From Eledone cirrhosa (taxonomy: Eukaryota), in NCBI GenBank assembly GCA_964016885.1, contig OZ024745.1, positions 16,492,001-16,556,000 of the forward strand: a DNA stretch of 64,000 bases, in the 5' to 3' direction. The notes under the pieces were generated by a model. That model did no database searches. It was not told where the DNA came from and saw nothing but the letters and a program-made list of their open reading frames with translations. A program made the position numbers and the translations under genes. Shown here piece by piece: positions 15,036 through 28,359 of this stretch; the first letter of the stretch is position 1; the number at the start of each line of letters is the position of its first letter.

Positions 15036-18000
15036 TTTATAACGTACCACCATCAATGCATCTTTTCAGTTTTGGAGAACGCTTTCTCTCCACAAAGGCT
15101 GCGTGTCGTGGAAGGTGAATTGTGGACATCTTGCGGGAGGAAAATAGAGATAATATAGCAAAGAAGAGTGTTAAAAATAGACAGAAAAACGTCAAGGGGC
15201 GGAGGAACTCAAGAGAGTGAAAACAAACCAATAGTGTGGTGTATGTATATATCATGTGTATGAGAGTATGTGCGTGTGGCTATATGTCGGTATATTCATA
15301 TATATATATATATATATACCGACATACACATATAGGCATATGAAGGCATATAGATTTTGTAGATATGTATATGTATATATGTATATTTATGCGTACGTAT
15401 GTGGGGTTGTAGGAGTGTGTATCTGTAAGTGCTTGGACAAGGATATACAAGGATAGACTTGGTGTCTAATCACGTGGTTAGATTAGTGGGGGTGTAAAAC
15501 ATACATACATACAATCAAGAGGAAAAGTTTAAAGGAACCCATGAACAATAAGTAAGAAATAAACAGACTTATGCCTGAGCAGGCAAGAAATATCAAACGA
15601 GTGGAGCAAAAACTTAGCAAATCAAGTAATCAAACAAATAAATTTCGTACTGAGATCCACAGACTCAATTATCTATTCATACTGGCTGGTCTGCTTGTAT
15701 TCGTACACTTGGCTGCTTCACAAATACAAATTGCCTCACACAAACGCTGTCTGTATAAAAAAAAAAAGATGTTCATAATTATATATTAAGAAGCAATACA
15801 TTTTTCTGTCTGTAGTTTTAACACTGTCCATTGCTATATTATCTTTATTGATTGACGAACAACCGACATGACATGCATTAATGAGAAAATCGATTCTAAT
15901 ATCATAGCCGTGTCTTGAGAGAATCTCTGGAGGTTTCTTACTAAGTCCATTGCTAACTTCATTAATATAGAGATAGATTTTGCTGAACGGTGAAAGTACA
16001 GAGTAGGGGCAGACAAGAGTCACCTTAATGGTAGAAATCACATTTTTTATATCATTATTCAACCAGATTTATTCTAGAAATAAGTAATTTATTTCCTCAC
16101 TGACCTTCTTATTTATATCTATGCATCGTGATACTTTTAACCTAATATAATTGCGGTGTTGTGTATTTTGATATCAACAAAGCTGATAAATGATATTGCA
16201 AGTTTCTAGCTAGACAGAGGAAAAGAAAAATAATTATCATACACCTGTCATGATGAAAATATAGAGAATCTCGTCTAAATTCGATTTACTGTATTGCTTA
16301 TGGGAAGAACATAGATAAGTTAAGAATGAAATTTAAGCCAGATTTGCTTGGAACTGAAATCCGTTTACGTATTCATTGGAGTGGAATTAAGAGTAAGCAA
16401 AAGTGGAACAGTATATTAAAATCAAACAAGCTGAAGACTCTTAAGTATTGTTTAACGAATATAGATTAGGAAAATATATAATTATCTTCCTGTTCGCAAA
16501 CAAATAATTCTTTAACTGATAGACAATCATTAGATGGTTTAATACAAATTACTTAACACATTAATACATACATTCTACAGTTAATGTGGATCCCAGCATC
16601 AGCCATAATAAAGAAGAAATGATTCATTATACGATTGAAAGAAGTAGCCATTGTTGAAGAGTTAAGTAGGATTATTGGGAGATTGAACTTTCACCATGTG
16701 AATCTACAGAAGGTTAAACACTATTTAACACCATAAGACAACAAATTGAAATAAACAATAATAAAATCCCACATAATATTCCAAGTTTACAAAAGTATGA
16801 GTATATTAATAACCCGTCCCATATTGTATTTGTGACATGGCACACACTGCGGCAGTTTTCAAATATTGAATATATGATAAATATATTTGCAGTAAAATGA
16901 GGAGTGTAAGTACTTTTGTTTGTGTAGTTTTTAGAAAAAGAGAAAACTACATACTGCATTTTATTTTTAGATATTGATAAATTGAAATGTCTTCGGAGTA
17001 TGTTACACATTGAAACTTAACGAAAGACCTTGAGGAAAATGTTCATACCAGGAGAAACATAATATAAAAAGTAATGAAATATAATAAAAAAGACCTTATT
17101 AACATGTGAAAACAATAAAACAAGAGCGAATACTATTCTGGAATAATGTTTCATTTCTTTAATAATCTTCTCTTCTCACATAATTCTGATAAGGACGTCT
17201 ACATTACAGTCAGTCAGTCTCCATCTTAAGTCATGCAGCCAAAAATATGACGACACACAAGATATTTTTTTTTACTTCTAAGTTTCTATGCTATTTCTGT
17301 CTTAGATACGCTATCAACAAATATTGGTTTTCTTCAGAAAAAAAGAAGACATGCAACATTTTATGAAACTAGCTATTATACATATACACGCGTAATTTCT
17401 AGTTAAGATTGTGTGATATTTCCACATTGAGGGCTAAAATTAGATTATACCTTGACCAAGGTCACACCCAATTGTGTGTTAAGGTTAATAATTGAAGATT
17501 TGATGAGGCAATTTTGTTCCGTAAAAACTTTCATCTGAATAATTATAGCGAGAAACAGCAATTTTTCTAACCATGGTTACACGTCTTTCTTTGCTATGAA
17601 ATCGATCAAACATATTCACAACATGGATAACGATTCCATATGACTCATTACCACCAACCACGTTCACCAATTTGTTTCTGTTATTCGAAATAGCTGCGGA
17701 AATAATAATGAAAGAAACATGGCGGCCTCCAACTTAGAAACAAAAAGGGAGAAAAAAATACCGAACATTATTCCTTCTTTTCGATGCAATCTAGTTACTG
17801 TAGCAATGATTCAAGTGATATGAAAATAAATTAGCCCAACAGCAATTAGTATAGAAATAAGTTTTATTTCTTCGTTTGAAAATATCATTTAAATTGTTGA
17901 ACAAATGAAAGATGTGAAAGTTGCTGTTAGTAACGAGGATGTTGAGAAATGAGTTGAACCATCAGGGGAAGATGTGTGACACGACTAATTATCTGCTATA

Positions 18001-18453
18001 AAACTAAACGAAAACGGAAAGCAATCAACAAATTAAAAAGAAAACAAGATAGCAAACGTGAATCGAATCGAAAGAGTAATTATGAAGTACACATGATAAT
18101 ATCAAATGACACATGATGATATCAGCTCTATTCAATTCTTTCCTTCTGATATATTCAATAGGGTCTCTCTGATACTATTATTGGTAGTTGAGTAATTTAA
18201 AGTAAATATGAAACCTTTCAAATATATGTAAAACTTTATTGGAAGAAATTTAAACTGAATTCAATTCTTTACATGCAGAGTAATTATAAGAAAGTTTAAG
18301 ATTATATCTAATACAAGATTTGTAACTATATGGTTGTGAGATCGACCGCAATGCGCGGCGCTTTGAGCAAGTGGTTTCTATCAAAGTCTTAGGGCCTACC
18401 CAATATTTTGTGAGGGAAACTTGGTAAACAGCCACTTTTCCACTACTACCTGT

Positions 18454-18528
<75 letters not shown>

Positions 18529-18712
18529 ATTCAGAAAATTAACTCTATTTGATTGTATAAAGTAGAAGGTGTTTTGTTTGATATAAAGATATTTCTATTC
18601 ATATATCAAACATCTGAATCTTTGTGTATATCATATGATGCTGGGTTCTCAATCAACTTCGACGATGAGCATCTAAAACGTTAAATAACGTGTTAGTTAG
18701 TCCTACTTGTGC

Positions 18713-18760
<48 letters not shown>

Positions 18761-18916
18761 ATGGTGTATTGATATGTGATATTTAGTTACTGGTGGTTCA
18801 CCAGGGTCGGGCCGATCACTACCGATCGCACCTTGAGCTCATCGATCGGGAAACACGCGTCACCTGTGAATATACTGATGTTTTATTGATACTCCAATAC
18901 ACACACACACATATAT

Positions 18917-18954
<38 letters not shown>

Positions 18955-19010
18955 GTGTGTGTATGTATGAATATATATATATATAAATATATATAAATAT
19001 GTATATATAT

Positions 19011-19072
<62 letters not shown>

Positions 19073-19145
19073 ATGTATATATATAAATATATATATATGT
19101 ATATATATATACATACATATATATATGTGTGTGTGTGTGTGTATG

Positions 19146-19178
<33 letters not shown>

Positions 19179-19179
19179 G

Positions 19180-19239
<60 letters not shown>

Positions 19240-19390
19240 GGGATACTATTTATTGTTATGTATATATTAAAACTTTTTATATAGTATAGTATAATATATG
19301 CCACTCCACTGTACATCAATATATATATATGTATCTGTATGTCTCTTGCGTTGGAAAGGAGGTCAATTATGTGTACAAACATCGGAAAAT

Positions 19391-19435
19391 GCTCCGAAGA
19401 ATCTAAGCCTAGGTTTGGATGAAACAATTGTAAGT
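19391..19435 (+). ncRNA. minimal hammerhead, CCGAAGA core variant
   Basis: GCT-CCGAAGA-ATCTAAGC-CTAG-GTTTGGAT-GAAA-C-AATT-G-TA-AGT. Confidence 0.7.
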
Positions 19436-19483
19436 GAATAAATGCTTTGAACATAGCTTTGATTCATGTGAATTCTCTTTCTT

Positions 19484-19544
<61 letters not shown>

Positions 19545-19592
19545 TGTTATACTTGGGGAGGGTCATATTTGTGTAATATTGCCAGAATTAAT

Positions 19593-19650
<58 letters not shown>

Positions 19651-20931
19651 GAAGACGGTGTATTCTTATGTAGATTGGAAAATAACAAGACCGGTCAATT
19701 TGCTGTCAACAAAAAAAGAACCAATTTTGAGATGTTTTAGCAATACAATCTCGAAATCAAAAACAAAAGCTTTTAATAATTGAAAGTTATCAAATTGAAA
19801 GATACAGAATAATCTTGTAATTCTGATACGTAAATCTATAAAATACATTTCAAAGACTGGATGTCATTTTAAAACTATCTAATAGGATAGAAATAAAATA
19901 TTTATTCGTTGTACGTTTGTAACCATTAAGTTTTACGTATTCTTCTAAAGAATGTAACAAAATATTTCTTATCTACTTGAAAAATAAATAAATCTAACGC
20001 TAAACTGATTAGAATAAGCAAAGATTTTTCTGTATTTCAGAGAAAATAAGCAAGCTTTGTTTTAGTTTATTCTCCTAGCTTTCTAAACAATTGAATTAAA
20101 AACTTTTAATACGTTATCTTTATTATTTATTTGGAAGCAATTTGGGAGAAAGAGAGAGTTGCCTCCCTAGGCTATTTAGTTCGATCTCAAAATACAAACT
20201 GTTGATTTACCATTAAATCATGACCCTTATCTATTCCCCAGTCAAACACGCGATACATCTCTGTGGCCCCAAGCTAGACTTTCTCTATATCAGTTAGTCA
20301 ATGATATTTACTTGATTCCCATTTAAACTAAAACAAACGAGATTTAAAGATGCAGCTGCTAATCTTTATATCAACAGAGTCTCATTTCTCTTTGGAATAT
20401 ATTGTTACTGTACTGCACAGAAGTTACATTTAATCGCCACTTTCATCATATTCATTATTAATAAAATATGAGATGTTTATTTGGTACCTTAGGAAGGACT
20501 CAATGTTCAGTTGAAATAACAACAGAAGTAAACAACGTTTGAAGTAAGGTTAAATTGATGTTACGACGTTGATACTTCTTAGATAGGTTTACCAGTGTTT
20601 CATACAAATCATATGTTATGTTTATTATAAGGCAAAACAGGCAGCACCCGTGACCCCATCCATCACATACATATCTGGTAGAAAGAAAGAAGGAACTTAC
20701 TCTCCAACTGGGAACAAATACTTGTAGCAGAATGAAGTTTCGTAAATGAACTGAAGGAAAAGGCAATGGTAAAGGCACTGAAGGGTCAGGAAATGATGAT
20801 AAACCGGATGAGAGATCAATTCTACCACTCGAAAAGAAGAAAGGTACGTCTAGTCGGCTCCCACACTGTTTTCGCCCAAGGTGGGATCGAATCCGAAACT
20901 AGTGTCGCCAAACCAACATTCTAATTACTTG

Positions 20932-21173
20932 TGTGTGACAGCTCACACTTTTGCAGGTTTCGCTGGCCTCCCCCAAGGTATATCTCGTTGGAGGTGTTTT
21001 GCGTAATGATAGGGATCCCAGTCCTATCATCTCATTTTTACAGCTGAGTAAACTGGAGCAACGTGAAATAAAGTGTCTTGCTCAAGGAAACAACACATCA
21101 CCCGGTCCGAGAATTGAACTCACAACCTTTCGATTGCAAGCCCAATGCTCTAACCACTAAGCCATGCGCCTTC
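20932..21173 (-). mobile_element. tRNA-derived SINE (family B head) with 16-bp target-site duplication
   Basis: ACATTCTAATTACTTG at 20916-20931 and 21174-21189. Head matches 43327-43460. Confidence 0.92.
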
Positions 21174-21469
21174 ACATTCTAATTACTTGGCTTGGATTGG
21201 CACTGAAATGTGGAAGCAGGTCATGTGATCATGTTGTAGATGGTTGAGTTATCATTGCACCAAAATGAGTTGAAACATTAATAAAACGTTTTAAGAATTA
21301 AATGTATGAGAGATTAATGAGGGTTTACTTCTGCATAATTTACTTGGTTTAAAATCATAACTTGTTTCTTCATAATTTTAGTGGCGATTGCACTGATGAA
21401 CATATTTAGATATCCATATTTTCCCTATAGTTATTGCATTGCAGGTGTATGAAGCTGAGTCTCAGTCGC

Positions 21470-21560
21470 ATATATCACCCAACGGTTGGAGGTTTTTATC
21501 GAAATCCATTCTGTAGTACGCTTTCGGACGAGGTCTCTCTAATTTTCTTTCAACAGATTC
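21470..21560 (-). mobile_element. possible mariner transposase C-terminal fossil
   Basis: Frameshifted reading RPKAYYR..GF...NRWVI resembles mariner C-termini. Weak similarity. Confidence 0.3.
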
Positions 21561-22089
21561 GAATGCTCTGAAAAACGGCCCTGTTCACTCCACCCTGACT
21601 AAATAGTAAAACAATGCCTGGGAAGATCTTCAAATGTAATCATAGCAACTGTTTATTCTCCGCAGAAGTATTAAATAATACCTATATGCAAAGATTTTAA
21701 TCTTATTTAAAGAAGAAAGCAAATTTAAGCATCATTTATTCCAGCTCACGGTGTCTTAAATTAAAATTTCGCCAAGATCAAATTTGCCTGTCATCCTTAT
21801 GTGATCAATAAAATAAAGTGCCAAACCAATGAAATGGATTAAAGGAAGTGTTAGAAACATCAGACGAAGTGTCTTGCGGCGTTTGTTCTGTAACATTAGG
21901 TTCCAAGTTCAAATCTTACAGTAGCCTAAATGCGGGCTATATATAATCCTTCACCTGGTTTAACACCCACTCCTGGTCTTTGCGTAAACTTACCGGAATT
22001 AGATCTGTTGCCAACTTTCAGGACGAATCCTCTAGTTTGAGCATATCTACCATCTTTTCCTCGTCTCGGAGGCTATGGCCACGTTATAG

Positions 22090-22300
22090 TCTCTACAATT
22101 TATGAAAGAGTAAAACAAGAATGAAGTTATAAAAATGCCTGTAAACTATTTCCAAAATGCCCAGAAAGTATTATAAATTATCTTATTAAACTGGTTGACT
22201 AAATGCCAATAATGTAAGAAGCTGTCATCAAACTGGCAAGTTTAAAGAATGGAAATTAGCAGCAAATATTCAATTATTAAGCTTCTTACGTATTTGCGAG
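22090..22300 (+). mobile_element. Tc1-like transposase 3' fossil
   Basis: AAACTGGTTGACTAAATGCCAATAATGTAAGAAGCTGTCATCAAA resembles the KLVERMPRVCKAVIK end of Tc1 transposases. Confidence 0.45.
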
Positions 22301-22542
22301 TGTGCTTCTGTAAAAGTTATAGATTGTTATATATGGTATAACATATTTAAATATTCACTATTACTGCATTGCAAAACGGTAAAATACAGATTAACATGGA
22401 TGTGACTATATTAACAAGCCTATGTGAATGGTTGTTTGTTTGTGTGTGTGTGTGTGTGTATCCGGTGGTGACCACAGATAAAAAAAAAGGTACTCAGTAC
22501 GTTAGAAGAGTATTGGGATATTTATTTTAATGTAGGAATTAA

Positions 22543-22589
22543 TTCTATAGGATTAGAACTGTTTCATTCGTAAGAAAAATCTTCAGGAA
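22543..22589 (-). ncRNA. hammerhead ribozyme (family of 8512/41203), diverged
   Basis: Reverse complement: TTC-CTGAAGA-...-GAAA-CAG-TTCTAATC-CTA-TA-GAA. Confidence 0.65.
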
Positions 22590-22821
22590 AGTCAAGCAAT
22601 GTTTTGTCATATATATATATATATATATATATATGAAGACGGCGTATATATGTGTTGGTATGTATATTTAATCTTGATAGTTTGTATAATTTTGTATAAT
22701 TTTGTACATAGATCTGTTGAATATGCATGCCAACTCTAACACATATATATCCTAGAAACGATCGTTAAATAATGAACTTTTTTTGTTTAATATAAGGAAT
22801 TGTTTATTCATTATTTGTTTA

Positions 22822-22854
<33 letters not shown>

Positions 22855-22862
<8 letters not shown>

Positions 22863-22991
22863 TAAAATAACAGATTAAAGTTTAAGCAAAGAATCGCTGC
22901 TTTCACCCTTAACGGGATCTTCTGAAACTCCCGTTAAGGGTGAAAGCAGCGATTCTTTGCTTAAACTTTAATCTGTTATTTTAATAAATAT
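22855..22991. mobile_element. perfect 63-bp-arm palindrome of a PLE terminus containing a hammerhead-like motif (22879-22929, -)
   Basis: Arms 22855-22917 and 22929-22991. Same sequence as the PLE end at 29627-29700. Confidence 0.92.
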
Positions 22992-23074
22992 TTGCTCTAC
23001 GGTTCTTATATATTTGATATATATTTATCGTTATCGAGCCCTCTTTGGATTTTAGTCTTCAAATTTATTATTAT

Positions 23075-23168
<94 letters not shown>

Positions 23169-23674
23169 GGCTAAATAGCAAAGCAAATATAATTTAATAC
23201 TAATTAAATTCCTAATTAATAAAATTTAATTATTAGTTAATCTAATGCACTAGAATGGCACCTCAATGTAATAATTTATCAATATTATCACCCATAATGA
23301 TCCCCCCCCCACCCACAAAAACCCCCACAAAACCATCGCTATGTGTTCGGCCGGTACTATGTATATTTAACTGGAGTGAAAAGAAAAGAAAACAACAAGT
23401 TTTAGGTGGTTTTATATGATACTACTGGTGTGTTTTGATTGCATCTATGTCCATATATGGACTGTACACCGTGATAAGTTCAGCTAGGTACCGACCGTCC
23501 TAATATATCTGGTTTAGTTCGGATCTAGCTGTCAAAACGGCCGGATCTCAGCCGTCAGTGTCCTGACTTTTTTCTTATTACCTACTCTACTACCCTAAGT
23601 ATCGAGTACTCTGGTGCGTTATAGTCCACCTGGTTCCTTACCACACTTTTTTCGTTATATATGTATATATATAT

Positions 23675-24150
23675 ATAATCAACAACAAAGAACAGAGCAT
23701 AAAGGTTGATTACATATCACACAAGCAATAACAAATCCAAGACATTGAAGAAATAAAGAATAAAAAATAATAAAAGATAAAAAATATTGAGGAAGTAAAA
23801 ATAAAAATAAACATTGAAAAATAAACATTGAAAATGTTTCAATGTTTATTTTTCAATGTTTATTTTTATTTTTACTTCCTCAATATTTTTTATCTTTTAT
23901 TATTTTTTATTCTTTATTTCTTCAATGTCTTGGATTTGTTATTGCTTGTGTGATATGTAATCAACCTTTATGCTCTGATGAGTCCCACTTATAGTGCGGA
24001 TGAAACAATGTTAGCAAGTAAAGATATGCATATGCTATAGGCGTTCTTTGTTGTTGATTATATCACGGCTCTGTCCTCAGACATCGAGCTAACCTTATAC
24101 TGCCTGTTGGATAAGTGGAGTGTTATACACCCCTGATCCTCTCCCTAATA
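23675..24150 (+). mobile_element. head-to-head HHR-bearing pseudo-LTR unit between (TA)n tracts
   Basis: 23675-23835 is inverted relative to 23838-24062. The left arm lacks the HHR core. Confidence 0.85.
23971..24016 (+). ncRNA. minimal hammerhead ribozyme
   Basis: TGCT-CTGATGA-GTCCCACT..AGTGCGGAT-GAAA-C-AAT-G-TT-AGCA. Confidence 0.8.
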
Positions 24151-24167
24151 TACTATATATATATATG

Positions 24168-24237
<70 letters not shown>

Positions 24238-24649
24238 TACGTGCACACAGGTATATAGGTTTATATAATGTCTCTTTTCCAAATCACTTAATCGGTGGTT
24301 TAGAGGGAAATTAATCAAATCATTAATTAAAAGTTTTCCAGTGCTTTTAATTAAATCTGCAATTATCTAATGACGTTATTATTAATGAGTGAACTGATGT
24401 AGAATAAACAAAAGGGAACAGTATTTAAGTGGCTTAAAATATTTAGATGATTTTAATGTGATTGGCGGTCAAATACACCTCAATATTAACTTAGTTCTCA
24501 TGTTGTATTACCTACAATATAAGCGCTTGGTCCCATAACTCCTGAAGGTGTCTTAGGGGTGCCGTATTGACATACGACATTTCTAGGGCATTCTTAAACA
24601 TAGAAAACCATCGTCCCCTGGTCTGAATACAGCAGATGTCTTCCAGAGA

Positions 24650-24838
24650 AGGATAGTGAGTGAGATATATAGAGGAAGTTTCGACTTCAGTAATAGACAG
24701 GTACTTTCTTTTTATCGATTTCGAATGAATGAAAGGCAAATGTGACCTCGGCGGGATTTGAACTCAGTGAGCAGAGAGTCAAAATATATATCGCAAACCA
24801 TTCTCTCCAACTTTCTAACGACTACCAATTCGCCACCT
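24650..24838 (-). mobile_element. SINE family A, diverged
   Basis: GATGAAAGGCAAA..GACCTCGGCGGGATTTGAACTCAG-like segment as at 2010-2052. Confidence 0.7.
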
Positions 24839-25171
24839 ATATCTAAAATATCAATTATGCAATTGAATAAAGACATTAAAACCTTCCAACAATAGAGGAA
24901 ATATTAATTTATTCATAGCCGTTAGAACGAAATAAATATTTATTATATATTGTGAATTATATGTTTATTCATAACCATTGGAACGAAGTAAAACTTAAAA
25001 CATGAAATAGTTTCTGTAAATTGAAACCTTTTACTGTAAACCAATAAGATGTTATACAATATTTCCTGTAGTTCTTACACTCATCATTGCTTTTAGCTGT
25101 TTTTTGTCTGAATATCTCACAAAGAGAATAAATTGTGACCTTGACCTTTCTTCAAGGTATTACCACCTTTG

Positions 25172-25230
<59 letters not shown>

Positions 25231-27240
25231 CATGCGCGTGCATATGTATATATATTATGTGTATATATATATATATGTATATGCATATATATATATATAT
25301 ATTGTATGTATATGTACATATATGTATATCTATATCTATATCTATGTCTATATATATGTATACATGTATTTATGCATATGTATGTATATATATATATATA
25401 TATATACTGTTATATATATATATATATATATATATGTACGCCTAGGTGTGTGTGTTTGTGTGCGTGTGTGTGTGTGTGTGCGCGTCTGTGTGTGTGTCAA
25501 AATAACATTTTATTTTAACAGTGAATATTGATCGATGCAGTGTTCAAACGTACGTATTGTCCATGTAACAAAAAGCATAAATAGAATATACAGTACCAAC
25601 GACAAGTGTAAAAAAAATTGTAAAAAGAATTCTTTTGTGTGAGATATTGAATCAATAATAATTCAAGAACTTTTTTTAGTTTGCTCTTAGAATCACAGTA
25701 TTATATCGCTTTTAGCACCAAACAATGGAACTTGAAGGTAATCAATTCTTGCCATATTTTGACTATTTTAACTCATAGCAGCTTGTAATGGCTGAAGTTC
25801 ACAAAATAATAGTTTAAAACGAAAACTGGCACTGTATGACGTGGGGATCGATACCATATTAATTCAGTTATATTTTGATGTTCTAAGAGATCTAAATATT
25901 AATTTTGCTGAAAGGGATGTTAGAACATAATCTGTAAACACCAAAGTTATTTGGAATATTTCGGAATAAAATAACATAAGATACGTAATGATATTTTTGG
26001 TGAATATAAAAATAGTGTACGAGAAAGGTTCGTAACTCTTCCATGTGACTATAGCTATTCACAGATTATTTCAACTATATGAATTACATACATTACTACA
26101 CAAGGTACATCTATATTATATATACTTGTTGCAGTTATGTAGCAAGTCTTTCTTTGTTGTTGATGTGTGCAGTTGTTCGAATTAACTAAAAGCTTAGTCA
26201 CAACCTCCTTTCTAATGCACATGTAACAAATTAAATTCTATATCATTCTCTATGTCTTGGATGTTAAAACTAAAAGTTTTAGTGGTATAAGTATTAGATA
26301 TTATTTGCATCGAATCTACTCCTTAAAAATATACTATATTATAGTTGTTATATCACAGAAAGAGGATCGAAAATTAATTGGATAGAAAACACGCAGTGTT
26401 TAAATAGAATTCAATATTTCAATCAGTTTTATTGATTCAAAGAAACATTATGAAATGATCTTGCTAGAAATAAGTGAAACTTGTAAATAGATTTCTCTAC
26501 ATGATGCAGAACCGGATATATATATGAGGTCCTTTGGGACATTTCAACATGAAATAGACAAAGATAGATCAAAACAACATGAAATATTTGCAGTATTCAC
26601 CTTGAGAGTAATTCTTATAGTAAACAGACAATTAAGAAGAGGTTAATTTGGTACTATTTGACGACGCCATTCATTTGAAATCCTACGGTCGAATACAAAG
26701 CAGACGTTATAGGTTTCTGGTGAATTGAATCCGTGACTATGTTTTGATTTCAAATTGTTGATTACTCACTTCACACGTTGTTATCTCAATCTCATTCCTT
26801 TTACGGCATGTGTAAAAAGTGCTGGACAAAAATCACTACAGATATTTTAGTGTAGTATAATGGAAGGTAAACAAGTTGTTTCGGTTATGTACATTAATGA
26901 TGTTATGTGATTCCCTTTACTAATAAAATAAAAAAAATATGAAAGCTTTATAATCAAATTTGCTTCAGTATGAAGCTTTGATTTTACATAAAAGCAAAAA
27001 AAAAAAAAAAAACTACCAACAAAAGTAAAGAACAAAAATAGTTTGAGTGGTGACGAGGGCAGATGCGTGTGTGGTTTTTCTATCGTTGATATCTTTAATC
27101 ACGGCTTTTATTGTAACTGTAATCTCCATTTGTCTTTCGTTTTTCTTATCACTTCTACGTGCCAACATCTTCTCTTCTCAATCTTTTCTATGTTTCATCT
27201 ACCTGTCATTCACCTCACAACATTACTTTTCTCCTTACCG

Positions 27241-27421
27241 ACACTGGCCAATGATTTCTGTTCTTGTTCTTAAAATGAACGTCTTTGCAAATACGGGGCC
27301 ATATGAGACTGATTTGAGGAATATCATGACTAAATCCATACGACCCATACCAAGGGTTTCCACACAGGTCCAATTATATTTACAAAATTTCGGTTCATTT
27401 GAAATTCTTGGTAAAATATAA
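27241..27421 (+). other. candidate exon/pseudo-exon resembling a Cys-loop (nAChR-like) receptor N-terminus
   Basis: MISVLVLKMNVFANTGPYETDLRNIMTKSIRPIPRVSTQVQLYLQNFGSFEIL, with a possible GT donor at 27411. Similarity judged by eye only. Confidence 0.3.
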
Positions 27422-27999
27422 TTTCCTAATATTTTACACAGTGGGAATTCCACTCTCTTAACCATATAGCTATATTTGTTTATACATATCTTCCTCTACA
27501 CTTTCTCATATATTTGATGTTTTGCTTACGTTCCTGCAAATAATCATTGACGTTGATAATCCCTAACTAGATTGAGTTTCAAGCTAACTGATGCGAAGCG
27601 GTTTTTTTTTCCATTTCAACATTTGAATAGGATTATGTTTCCCTATAAAGTTGAGATTATAATCGTTACTACATTACAATACCTATTATAAACACATAAT
27701 TCCCGAACCAATGTGAAGCCTCTTATGTGATTCATAGACCTATAAATAATGGCCAAACATCTCTGAAATCAAACCGCACTGTCTTAAACAGGAAAGAAAT
27801 TTGAATTACATGATGTCTAAAACAAGGCAGTAAAATCAGTGCCAGAATAAATTTTGATCATAGGTCAGCTGAGTGAAAGCAGAAAGAAGAATAAATAACA
27901 TCAACAATACGATTATTTCTATTCAATATTAGTGTAGAGGAGCTTTCATATGTACAAGGAGAATTACTATTAAACATTAGTAATACTATGAACAAAGAT

Positions 28000-28212
28000 G
28001 TGGAATTAGCGGATATATTGAAGTGTCGTGTAGAATCCCATGTGGTATTAGCTCCGTCTACTCGGGATTCAAATCTTGTCGAAGTCATCTTTGCCCTCTA
28101 ATATTTTGGAGTTGATAATATAAATTACCAGTCTCCTACTAGGGTTGGTTTAATCAATTATGCCCTTCCAGCAAATATGCTGGCCTTGTGCCTAAGTTAG
28201 AAATCAATATTT
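28000..28212 (+). mobile_element. SINE family A, diverged
   Basis: GATTCAAATCTTGTCGAAGTC...GTTGATAATATAAATTACCAG...GCTGGCCTTGTGCCTAAGTTAGAAA. Confidence 0.7.
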
Positions 28213-28359
28213 AGAAGTTAATAAATTAAATACAAATGAAGAACTGTGCTCGATTCTTTTCTTTTCCTTCTCTTTCCTCTGAATTGGCAACGTTGCATTG
28301 TGGGAAGGGTTTTGAGGGACCTCTGCGATGCCCTCCTCTCCAGAAATAAGAAAGCATAT

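Noticed and set aside
15600-18150. Possible decayed transposase or host coding sequence
   Set aside because: No motif could be identified with confidence in any frame.
18795-18872. CCGATC...GATCGG-GAAAC-ACGC-GTC-ACCTG hammerhead half
   Set aside because: Stem II and the GAAA/UC are present but there is no recognisable CUGANGA in register. It may be a decayed HHR and was not counted.
20701-20845. Possible small host exon (- strand ...CCTTCAG|50 nt|GTAAGT, or + strand ending AAG|GTACGT)
   Set aside because: Splice-like signals occur on both strands, but there is no recognisable protein and no partner exons. It needs RNA-seq.
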